Made by a program: the position numbers and the translations under genes. From positions 1-25,145 of the IMG/VR virus record IMGVR_UViG_3300021960_000471: 25,145 bases of DNA. The stretch is one strand, 5' to 3'. The notes under the pieces were generated by a model. That model was not told the origin of the DNA. It made no database searches and saw only the letters and a list, made by a program, of their open reading frames with translations. This DNA comes from a virus. Its lineage: Duplodnaviria; Caudoviricetes. Shown here in pieces: positions 12,801 through 18,479 of the stretch; position 1 is the first letter of the stretch; the number at the start of each line of letters is the position of its first letter.

Positions 12801-14669
12801 TAATACGTTTCTAATTGACCTGTGAGTACCCTTGGATTTAAAGATACCAGCTAAGCTGTTGTAAAGGTTTTGATAAATCAGGTTTTTTGCTTCGTTAAGA
12901 TCGCCATCATACAACTCTGTGTTGTTTCTGTTTTTGAACTTCTCTAAAACATTTGCATCAACAAAAAGCTCCGGCATCGTTAAGCCTAGAGACTCTGGTA
13001 AGTGTTGTGCAAAGGGAAGCGCCTTGTAAGACGAGCTTGTGTACTGCTCGTGACGGAGACTTGGTAATGCAGAAATTTGTAAATACAGCTTATCAAAGTA
13101 AGCACCCATAATATGAGAGAGCTTTTCTAGATCACTATCGCCGTTTGCTCCACCTTCGTTTTCCATCTCTTCGATGACCCAAGAAGGGATCAGGTTTATG
13201 AATTGTGTTGAGTTTTGGCGATCGTGATAAAGTCCCTTTTCTTCTAGTTCGTTTCTAAGGCTCACAACGCTTGGGTGAGTATCATACACAATTGGGTCTA
13301 AGTACTCGAAGTCAGCAGCAGATGCCGAAACAATAGCTGAACCAGTGTTCCTAGATACTGAACTGTATCCGGTCCAAGTACCGTTACAAATGCGACCACC
13401 GTAGTCCAGAACAACACTATCGATGCTAGACGTGCCGGTGATGCCTTCGTTGAACTTGTAGTACATTCCCAAAGTGGTGTTTGCTATATCTGAGTTGACA
13501 CCACCTCGTATTTGATCGAACCAGTTTCTGCCAATCTGCTCTGCTGTTCTAGCTGTTTTCCAGAATCTGAACTCGTCTAACGAGCCACTTAACTTACCAC
13601 CACCAATATAGTTGTCTACTAATGTTGAATCTGCAAGGAATGATGGCGCCGTGAGGAGTCCACCAAGTCTACCTTGCATACCCTTTGCGGAAAGTTCTCC
13701 GATAGTAGTAGAAGTATAAGTTTTGGTGTCGTTCAACTCTCCGTTGACGTAAAGCTTTATCTCGAAACTTGTGGATGTTGGGTTTTTGAATACAAACGCA
13801 TAATGCCCCCAGCCATTGAGACTTGAAGAAAGCGACGTAGTACCAATAGAAGCAGTATTAATTTGCTTGGCTGAGGCGCTAAGTGTTCCGGACTGTACTG
13901 TCACCAAGAATGGACTAGCACTGGTATCTGTGTTCTGCAACTCAATACGAATGCGACCATAAGACTCGTCGGCACTGGAACTAAGATTATTGTTCCACAT
14001 GTCAAAAACGACTTGGCGATCTGTCAAAGGACTTATTACAGCAGGCGTAGAGCCCGTCATTGCCCAGAACTCGATAGTCACGCCGGTATTAAAATTAGCT
14101 TTTAAGTTTGAGTCGCGAGTTCCTTCACCATATCCCGAAGGATATCCATTATTTACGTACAGGTTATCATCATATACGTTGTTGTATTGGAACTTGCTGT
14201 TCGTTGGATCCGGCATCAACTTGCTTAATGATGCAGTCTCATTAACGGTATTAGGACCACCGTCAAAAGTAATATACTCTAATGTAGATGGAACACCATA
14301 TCCATTTAATTTGGTGGATGTACCCCAACCATTTGCCGATAAGTTAATATATCCATTTGTCCTCGGATATTTTTTATCGAAAATATATTTTTCTATATCA
14401 AGAGACTTGTTGTAGAAAGTGTTTATCTCTGCATCAGAACCATCATATGGGTAATAGTTGATGATACGATCGAGCGCACTCTTGTAATAAAGGTTAGCAG
14501 AGCCGTACTTAGCAAATGTATCGGGGTTATCATAGTTAACCTGCGGAACAAAAGACTCTTGCTTTGTTTTTATCGCTTTTAAGTTATCTGTTGATTCAAT
14601 GTCTGACGCTAAATCTTTTTTGTTTTTATCGGATAGGACTTGCCTACCAAACAAATCCTTAATACTCAT
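3858..14669 (-). CDS. Giant baseplate wedge/adhesin protein, 3603 aa: P2 gpI/T4 gp7-like core plus three LamG (concanavalin A-like) domains
   Basis: Uninterrupted 10.8-kb ORF downstream of the gp25/gp6-like genes. LamG motifs: TIEFW..WGHYAFVF..KLYVNGEL..SGSLDEFRFW and FSWSGWVK..DGWHHHVLTWD..KLYIDG..VDEYSFW..LS...V..LYNGG. gpI/gp7-like motif: LYNSLAGIFKSKGTHRSIRNVLRCF. Confidence 0.85.
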   Translation of the reverse strand: MSIKDLFGRQVLSDKNKKDLASDIESTDNLKAIKTKQESFVPQVNYDNPDTFAKYGSANLYYKSALDRIINYYPYDGSDAEINTFYNKSLDIEKYIFDKKYPRTNGYINLSANGWGTSTKLNGYGVPSTLEYITFDGGPNTVNETASLSKLMPDPTNSKFQYNNVYDDNLYVNNGYPSGYGEGTRDSNLKANFNTGVTIEFWAMTGSTPAVISPLTDRQVVFDMWNNNLSSSADESYGRIRIELQNTDTSASPFLVTVQSGTLSASAKQINTASIGTTSLSSSLNGWGHYAFVFKNPTSTSFEIKLYVNGELNDTKTYTSTTIGELSAKGMQGRLGGLLTAPSFLADSTLVDNYIGGGKLSGSLDEFRFWKTARTAEQIGRNWFDQIRGGVNSDIANTTLGMYYKFNEGITGTSSIDSVVLDYGGRICNGTWTGYSSVSRNTGSAIVSASAADFEYLDPIVYDTHPSVVSLRNELEEKGLYHDRQNSTQFINLIPSWVIEEMENEGGANGDSDLEKLSHIMGAYFDKLYLQISALPSLRHEQYTSSSYKALPFAQHLPESLGLTMPELFVDANVLEKFKNRNNTELYDGDLNEAKNLIYQNLYNSLAGIFKSKGTHRSIRNVLRCFNIDDNLVYFKTYSDNQTYELNTNVKQTLKKRKRLNFNTASAAHAVMYQDADPAIPGSQGYISGGTGQPEIAGVPSPVYEATGSQDRYGFTVESSIYFPRFFNIADSYQRNFFTASLFGMQTVFTGSTGTGYAGGTTSLTGAQDIANFQVYAVRDALNSRNVRFILTSSFDPHPFDALESQTFLSTYNSENWNLSVGLRPTKKFSGFVSGSDDYGYEVIFRGYNNKLGTINNSFAVSASISSTVGKNMIRSNKRLYIGAQNTNLTGANVHPSDVEFNGLKYWTQYIDDLSLKQHSLDRENAGISGSYQNTSPFDSENTTHDVYNLNALALNWHFGTVTGSDGSGNFYSTDISSGSAFVRDNFGWNAKISGYVHPGKGHGFKADSDNVVNNELVNEYKFIDPEVVTSDDMVNVLSADDELYGLFDEVPSYVHTVEKSLYAAISEEILDYFAGAVDFNNIIGDPVHRYREDYKPLETLRNIYFEKFNNLRTVEAFTEYYKWFDDAVANIIEQLVPASANFVGDTYNIVESHVLERPKYKSQFPTIEFNAPTVDASISGIGAFLLSYQTDLFGGVEASPRPTNLHKNYWKKRAQPGGRGTGSFEIESGDADVDAQRRKFRNIMHSKPAFSGSRVILSQIDGTTYERERLLQTQLGGTVSFRNAELNRTIKGGVNFPPNKSFAFAYASTYPAGPVNTTDGVFIPENVLLGFTEDFTAIENIEQWDEEGNVGKKRHRTIGVVQGRDYDGDYTNYTNVKSNFAFPFNIMSGTIKGGADDYISERLSSSVTITNLHNDVYGDELEKPMQGPFTEYAVGGHQSRHVSLNSGSDDYTNRAEAWKILLGLRGPCPGDVWLSGAIGLVSADYPWPEANEVGETPYPMTASHKAVYYRDFVAKRPVNIRNILMRTGSTILGNYEHNYEVIHSFDTYANPRQFIETQPALPTQIFQNNSTSSTQTRTFLDLHRTDEGHYQFVDEYNTHYLTGTANKSIIATRFSTVGGALTDGTGYRDFRSNTFSPYNAINNRYLTVIKPSQGPSGSISEATGSGTTGIRVYDIHGKDYGLRSHYARHTARFGRDSLFVTAPGTSYEELPGFHKTHRNNICRIGEASTTITPILEGLTLNNDDCLLYQDETKNSTLLHTASILSSTTPETLLQAITGSGTSFSWSGWVKFGEQGSQDEETIFAIGLRQGNAPLFSLRKNYAGSTPNKYEIELYIRTNGNADGKTGTNSYTTWYWAVDEDLTDGWHHHVLTWDAIADGNLGTSNPANISAAKLYIDGTLQASATLGFDPTAQGYYNQTNGTLNVRGFTSQKRVDNEFMTLGGDCQGAGNLRALTASVDEYSFWTSELSADNVDTLYNGGIPCDIDGAITASNLPNSIWEWLRFETDQSAGRFFLDSSNPGVYSTSNRAIGYYGEVFVPLAITGAALSLDLPTNASLGFPLPGCTQTVVGYAETTTYDTEQLYDNFNIQHQIPRDTRQYAWITASLESTASWWSCGFTPARFEIRSGSTMIEPLNFVSASEAGSYIILGQRTFSAEITELGPPYNVESTFLPSVNRINYHVTDPITSSTNTLGYAASVPLTDRRSAAPFGTQYRNTDFVPARNDSGDEDLFNSLMFKRGNQYAGANWVRMRQGDHPILVNERRNNTLSTIYTGSALRHFALPPVSTKGRPVLLNMDYANSFSTSVGGYREQVENVTLQTTYNNEMIGFNEQELNTFTNINFDSEVTSFEQLVAMRARNNINLNWIVYSENLFPSARREFISSSMTRVGYDNAFWRDTIENRVTGGMGVPNSVGVEEYTDWDSVTRYITQSLWPLDAPSDFETRTAPPEVAYTTDPIFTNARYYTGSSLIYSNSAGELQNTYSFYHFTDPQPGSGVTYFFNAGQIPLVIRNAGLYSRKHMLNSPLSAFNPVGISSSTNNLVVGMEANNTRLALPSDPVAAGVTASFATGSGEAAWQAPAQAGYLTTSNGIAGFVYDSSKPWYNDYDDFRYDIKTMAKGYGVVPEFRVSEQIEKYGKVGIDGEIFDYLEIPGTNLSSSQDTFYKDYSNSDFMQNFLDIKGMSGLKASEIRLTCKAAIKFNPYKGFYPAQRTLDLVSQFSRSYADSLTFTYFSSSAGADAASISNTALMQYSYARPVMQPLFAPGIMYNSIKSGMAVDYPVVTNGYKVYKQLVTGAADGSGDYPENYMIAATISGNIKADEGGAKYISGAFWDLRVPFEAIMNPAKYLNGVELPDIEPHPQVSLPFAATASLQVQNAAEAYNRMSSNFFAEVGKFFLQGGDYTKLRSTGVDLGKKKFTGEEVYGARLRMRTSYEGSRTYEFEQGSDGTNYFYSTLGAQAFFKNFTAVTIPTASPITGISGSYELPQDPEKQPSFKHNFVMYSRPTAFGPAVSGRQDLNPMSASAGAPSLATTGDHFNLSASAYGVKDSLNGYNWSFTPPYYYGEAWVDFIFRPSASVEYDLTRILAETRIVKRRYDPGSDMVDHKKVDGFYRRTLHRDQDIRFTEAGAPALGPTYGRNFTPYASENINDNAMQLDSCLNLFGIEYEQKAKTNKFGLQISKDNEQASQRWVIQPKFETPMMNFVDYTSASAPPENPPPGWTPDETEISIPQNFGSESVPRGMWHQFGRLPKTREEGIFMEIGDIPPNWLKNHYEVVTGSSIYNNYAASGDPELYKNMKSFSKLCGFDENNSSVRLGEVANKQTIREAVVAIPYLVEGLTEGETQPTTENAKTRKRFINIPTKRWKNARQEEEGSIEGDSLNTAGASIRRLAEQMERYVLPPQFDFLNNKDIDPIAMYIFEFKYELDKNDLAYIWQNLAPRNYEKATFEKDMVAHELLNTELLTEQNLLSNPNLRWMVFKVKQRGQTLYRDMITGQIDESTFQPGFAENDASGYPLLYNWPYDYISIVETINFDVDVKYDRETAKKMKSDSMRNIGAQNQILNKKRRQPGITATKLNEKQATNDVPQKGVKPKAQNKLSKRISTKYRK
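8660..9330 (-). other. LamG/concanavalin A-like domain 3 of the 3603-aa protein (approx. aa 1780-2000)
   Basis: SFSWSGWVKF, TIFAIG, DGWHHHVLTWD, AKLYIDG, FMTLGG, VDEYSFWTSELSADNVDTLYNGG. Confidence 0.85.
11780..12530 (-). other. Divergent LamG-like domain 2 of the 3603-aa protein (approx. aa 713-963)
   Basis: GFTVESSIYFP, ENWNLSVGL, RLYIGA, FNGLKYWTQYID and LALNWHF occur in LamG motif order but are degenerate. Confidence 0.55.
13370..14090 (-). other. LamG/concanavalin A-like domain 1 of the 3603-aa protein (approx. aa 193-433)
   Basis: Canonical order of LamG_3 motifs: GVTIEFW, GWGHYAFVF, IKLYVNGEL, GRLGG, LSGSLDEFRFWKTARTAEQI, LGMYYKFNEG, VLDYGG. Boundaries are approximate. Confidence 0.85.
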
Positions 14670-16257
14670 TATCTGCCACCCTGAACTTGAATATCTTATC
14701 TTGCTCTAACCAAGAAGAAAGCTCATCATCATAGAAAGCAAACTTGAAACCATATTCATATCCGGGCTCAAGTAACTTCATGTTGAAATCAAAGTAGTTT
14801 CCAGAAACGTCATAAGACAAACCAGTTGCATATTCGCTACCTGTACCGTATGGAACTGCTTCAAGTGCGTCAAGAATTCTAACGACGCGGTAAGAAGCAC
14901 TAACAATTGGAACATGCTCGGGTGTTGCAACAGCTTTTGTATAAATGGTTGGATTCCAGTTCTTGTTTCTTACATACAAGTTGAATCTAGCCGTCTCTGT
15001 CGAGCTATATCTATTCTGTAGATTGGTTATGTTGATAAAGTATACAGGTTCGCGGACATCTGTTGTCGCACCAAAGTCTTTGGTCTTAATAGAGCCAGTA
15101 AAGAACTCGATGTTATTAGTAGATGGATCCTCGCCAGAACCAGAGAACCATACATCATAAAGTATCGCTATATCAGAAGTAGCGCCGGTTACGGCTATTG
15201 AGCAGGAGTATATGCCTGTCGAGACGTAGCCGCCTGTAACTGCTGTGGCGCTGTTGTAGAGCGTAAGTTTCTCTAAGGGCTCCGAGTTGTCAGCCGAGCC
15301 AGAATAGAGGCTAACCATTATAGAGCCGGTTGTTCCGATCGCAGGGATGTTGGTCAGCTTTCCGCGAACGTAGTTGTACAAGTAAAGAGTGTTTAAGTTA
15401 TCTGCGGCGGGCGCTAAAGAACTGCTAAAGTGGAAGTCACCTCTATCATCTCTTGTGATAGACTCCCAGCGCGCTTCGATCATTGGTCTCTTGAAAAAGT
15501 ATTGTGTACCGCGAGCAAAGAAACGCTTTGTGTAATAAGATGTTGTAGCTCCGCCAGTGTTATTCAAAATGCTGCCAGTGTAATAAGGATCGTATCCTTC
15601 GTCGTTTGATGCTGAAAAGTATGCTTCGAATGATGACGACAGCATGACGCCGATACCGTAGTTGTCCTTTGTTCCGGCAATCCAGTGCTCAACGAGAGGA
15701 GAGATATCAATTTCTAAGTCTTCTAAACCAGTGGCAAAGTCTTGTTTGAATTGTGGATCGGATGCACCAGTTAAATACGAGCCTCCAACGATTTCTTCTC
15801 CGTCTGTTCTCAGCCATTGCGAAGAGTTCGAAGCCGACATCCAGTTCGAGCCGATGTTTCCTCTGGTAAGGTCAGAGTAGTTTTCAAGATCGAGTCCGCT
15901 ACCTTCTTGCCAGTCTTGGGCGATAGGAAGTACTTCCAGCGTGTAATTTCTCGGAACAGTCTTGCTTGTTTCTGCGTTGTGCAACTTGAGATAGAAGCTA
16001 ACAGAACCAGATGCTGGTATCTTACCGGCTGATCTGTCGGCAGTGATGTCCGTTATTGGGAACTTAATAAGAATTCTAGACAACTCTTGTGAGCCGCTGG
16101 TGGCAGAGCTAGACGCTTGCTGACGACCGTATATCGAGTATGTCTCCAATACATCTGCTTGACCTGCGTTTGAACCTGTTCCGCGGGTTGTCAAATTTGG
16201 TTGAAAAGCATTTACAATTGTATTATCAGCACTTGCTGTATACCTTAATATCGCCAT
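14659..16257 (-). CDS. Virion structural protein, 532 aa, with an N-terminal DNRLRE/CBM96-like beta-sandwich domain and C-terminal beta-rich domains
   Basis: The pattern ADNTI..N.G...L..SRILIKF..IP....FYLKL..LEVLPIAQDWQEG..W....W..GG..IDISPLVEHW..NYGI..F.AR..RP.IE matches my recollection of the DNRLRE-domain consensus. It overlaps the upstream gene by TAATG and the downstream gene by 11 nt. Confidence 0.75.
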   Translation of the reverse strand: MAILRYTASADNTIVNAFQPNLTTRGTGSNAGQADVLETYSIYGRQQASSSATSGSQELSRILIKFPITDITADRSAGKIPASGSVSFYLKLHNAETSKTVPRNYTLEVLPIAQDWQEGSGLDLENYSDLTRGNIGSNWMSASNSSQWLRTDGEEIVGGSYLTGASDPQFKQDFATGLEDLEIDISPLVEHWIAGTKDNYGIGVMLSSSFEAYFSASNDEGYDPYYTGSILNNTGGATTSYYTKRFFARGTQYFFKRPMIEARWESITRDDRGDFHFSSSLAPAADNLNTLYLYNYVRGKLTNIPAIGTTGSIMVSLYSGSADNSEPLEKLTLYNSATAVTGGYVSTGIYSCSIAVTGATSDIAILYDVWFSGSGEDPSTNNIEFFTGSIKTKDFGATTDVREPVYFINITNLQNRYSSTETARFNLYVRNKNWNPTIYTKAVATPEHVPIVSASYRVVRILDALEAVPYGTGSEYATGLSYDVSGNYFDFNMKLLEPGYEYGFKFAFYDDELSSWLEQDKIFKFRVADNEY

Positions 16258-18053
16258 TACCTAACCTTTCCTATTATATCAACATCGGGGAACTTAAGTT
16301 CCATTATCGCATTGTTCGGGACTGCTAAATATGAACCATCAGGAGAAATGTTCTTGTCAACATCAATAGATGCAGTTGAATAGTCTCCGCCGCTCTTGAG
16401 AAAGATCTTTACTTTCACTACGTCCAATACACCAGTCACGTCTTTAAGAACTTGATAAATGTCGCTGATGTACAATGCTTCTCCAATAAAGAGGGGCTGC
16501 TCAAAATGCTTTCTAAGTGCTTCAACGCAGTTATCTATAACGATAAACTTGTCTGACATCTTTTGTGGCTTGACAACAAAGTTTATACCGAAGTTCAATA
16601 TATACGGATCGAGAATATCGATTGTGTCATTGATCATTCTATATTGATTCAGCCATGTTTTTAAATTATTTTTAATGGTTGAGTTAGCCAGAACTAACTT
16701 GCCAGCGGTATCTTCCGATACAACATACATGTTTAGGTTTCTCTTTTGCGAATCTAAGTCCTTCTGGACGGAGCATCTCTTGATGGCGCCAAACTTCGAG
16801 TGCATACGATAAGCTAAGTTTTCGTAGTCTGCTTGTGTTACCGCTCTGTTTTGTGTGGGGAAAGTGTCGTAGATTCGTTGCTTAACTTCACTTGTAGTTG
16901 GGTAGGTAACGTCACCTGTTATTGGCTCTTCGTTTGTTGCTTCTATAGATGTTTCTACACCCCTAACTTTTGATTCCACGAGAGTTTCTCTGTTCTTGAA
17001 ATCAAAGTTTGCTGTTATGACATTATTAATTCCTGCGGTTGCAACATTCGAATTTATTCCGTTTGTTGTCCTGTAAGTTACGATAAGTGTTGTGTTTGTG
17101 GGAACAATTCCAAAACTTTCGTTCTCGCTGAGGCGGCTTGGGTCAAATGTTGTTGTATTGACATAGGTCTTGCCAAAAACATCTACTGCAAAGTTTTGTG
17201 GGTTTGCCACTACATCCGAGTTTGACATTTTACCACTACCGAATTGAAGCGTAACAGTATCTCTTATCATTTGTGTCACAAACTTTCTGGAAACTAATGT
17301 GGGCTTTATCAGCGATGGAACATTGTCGTTTTGAAAGTTTGAGTTTGGTATTTCCTTGAATATTGTATCTTGAACCAAGTAGTCAACTTCAAAGTACTCA
17401 TTTCCTTCGGTATCAAATACAGATATAATTTCAGCAACGTTCTGTGCTTCTAGTGTGACTTTTCTAAACCTCTCGAAGGCGCCGACTGCAACTCTTTCTT
17501 GTCCAAAGTTTCCAGACACTATTTTGCCGTATGCTTTGACTGCATAGAAAGTTGGAGCGCCGGTCGATGCGTTTGTTCGTGCAACTACGAATGTGTTTGT
17601 TGGTTTTGCAAAGTCAACGTTTTCAGTTAATACAAAACTTAAGCCGTTGTCCGTTCCAAACACAGTTCCTCGTTTTAATATCGGGAGATAGTCCGAGTCC
17701 GGACCAATACCTGTAGTAGTGGCTGGAACCAATATGAAGAGTGCGACTTCTCCGTATGTAGATGGTCTACCGGTGAACTTGTATCCCATGACTGCGCCGT
17801 GTCGAACAACGTTGTTGTACTGATATGCTGTATCTAGGAATGACTCATTGACGTTATAGTCAAGGTAGAAAGAAAGCTGGTCACCAACATATGAAACCGC
17901 ATCTATCATAAGCGAACCAAAAGAAGCCTCGCTGAAGTCTTGGAAAGAATCCGGATAAAACCTCTCTGCTATCTCCAATAGATCTTGCTGTATTGTTTCA
18001 AAGTCGCGATGAGTATAATCTATTGGAAGAAGTTTCTTTTGATTTTTAGACAT
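16257..18053 (-). CDS. gp6: Baseplate wedge protein, T4 gp6 / baseplate J-like, 598 aa
   Basis: The N-terminal IDYTHRDFETIQQDL...DFSEASFGSLMIDAVSYVGDQLSFYLDYNVNESFLDTA...GYK and the internal QNRAVTQADYE motif are characteristic. It lies directly downstream of the gp25-like gene and has a GAGG SD. The symbol names the T4 homologue. Confidence 0.92.
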   Translation of the reverse strand: MSKNQKKLLPIDYTHRDFETIQQDLLEIAERFYPDSFQDFSEASFGSLMIDAVSYVGDQLSFYLDYNVNESFLDTAYQYNNVVRHGAVMGYKFTGRPSTYGEVALFILVPATTTGIGPDSDYLPILKRGTVFGTDNGLSFVLTENVDFAKPTNTFVVARTNASTGAPTFYAVKAYGKIVSGNFGQERVAVGAFERFRKVTLEAQNVAEIISVFDTEGNEYFEVDYLVQDTIFKEIPNSNFQNDNVPSLIKPTLVSRKFVTQMIRDTVTLQFGSGKMSNSDVVANPQNFAVDVFGKTYVNTTTFDPSRLSENESFGIVPTNTTLIVTYRTTNGINSNVATAGINNVITANFDFKNRETLVESKVRGVETSIEATNEEPITGDVTYPTTSEVKQRIYDTFPTQNRAVTQADYENLAYRMHSKFGAIKRCSVQKDLDSQKRNLNMYVVSEDTAGKLVLANSTIKNNLKTWLNQYRMINDTIDILDPYILNFGINFVVKPQKMSDKFIVIDNCVEALRKHFEQPLFIGEALYISDIYQVLKDVTGVLDVVKVKIFLKSGGDYSTASIDVDKNISPDGSYLAVPNNAIMELKFPDVDIIGKVR

Positions 18054-18060
18054 AAAAAAC

Positions 18061-18064
18061 CCTC
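18061..18064 (-). promoter_or_regulatory. Shine-Dalgarno site (GAGG) of the gp6-like gene
   Basis: The minus strand reads TGAGGGTTTTTTATG, with GAGG 7 nt before the ATG at 18053. Confidence 0.7.
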
Positions 18065-18067
18065 ATT

Positions 18068-18436
18068 TTAAATAGTAAATTCTAGTAAATCTTGAATATT
18101 TAAATTTGGTATTGCATAACGAATCTGAACACCTAACTGGTTGCTATCCATTCGTGTCGTGTTAAATGAAATTTCATTTATGGTAATTACGGGAAGATAT
18201 ATTTCTGTTTGTCTGAAGATATCTCGCTCTATTTTCGCAAAGGTGCCTTCATTAAAATTTTCAAACAAATACTTCTTGAGACCGACACCAAACTCAGGCT
18301 CCATGACTCTTTCACCGGGGCTCGTTAAGAGCAACATTTTAAAATTTTGTCTTATCATGGTTTTGAAACTTTTTATCATTCCATAACCGTCACTAGCATC
18401 TCGTGCTAATGGAAGCTTAACTCCGAGAGATGACAT
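18068..18436 (-). CDS. gp25: Baseplate wedge protein, T4 gp25 / GPW_gp25 family, 122 aa
   Basis: Signature IRQNFKMLLLTSPGERVMEPEFGVGLKKYLFE...I..YLP.I.I. Size and position are typical. The symbol names the T4 homologue. Confidence 0.93.
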   Translation of the reverse strand: MSSLGVKLPLARDASDGYGMIKSFKTMIRQNFKMLLLTSPGERVMEPEFGVGLKKYLFENFNEGTFAKIERDIFRQTEIYLPVITINEISFNTTRMDSNQLGVQIRYAIPNLNIQDLLEFTI

Positions 18437-18441
18437 GTTCT

Positions 18442-18447
18442 TCCTCT
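18442..18447 (-). promoter_or_regulatory. Shine-Dalgarno site (AGAGGA) of the gp25-like gene
   Basis: The minus strand reads AAAAGAGGAAGAACATG. Confidence 0.75.
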
Positions 18448-18479
18448 TTTAGATATTTAGATCTGTGTTAAATATTACA

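Noticed and set aside
16257-18436. Interpretation as a bacterial eCIS/T6SS/tailocin locus
   Set aside because: Disfavoured rather than excluded. The T4-sized gp6, several giant hypothetical proteins, strong restriction-site avoidance and the lack of eCIS/T6SS marker or host genes fit a large phage better. Flanking capsid/terminase genes would settle it.
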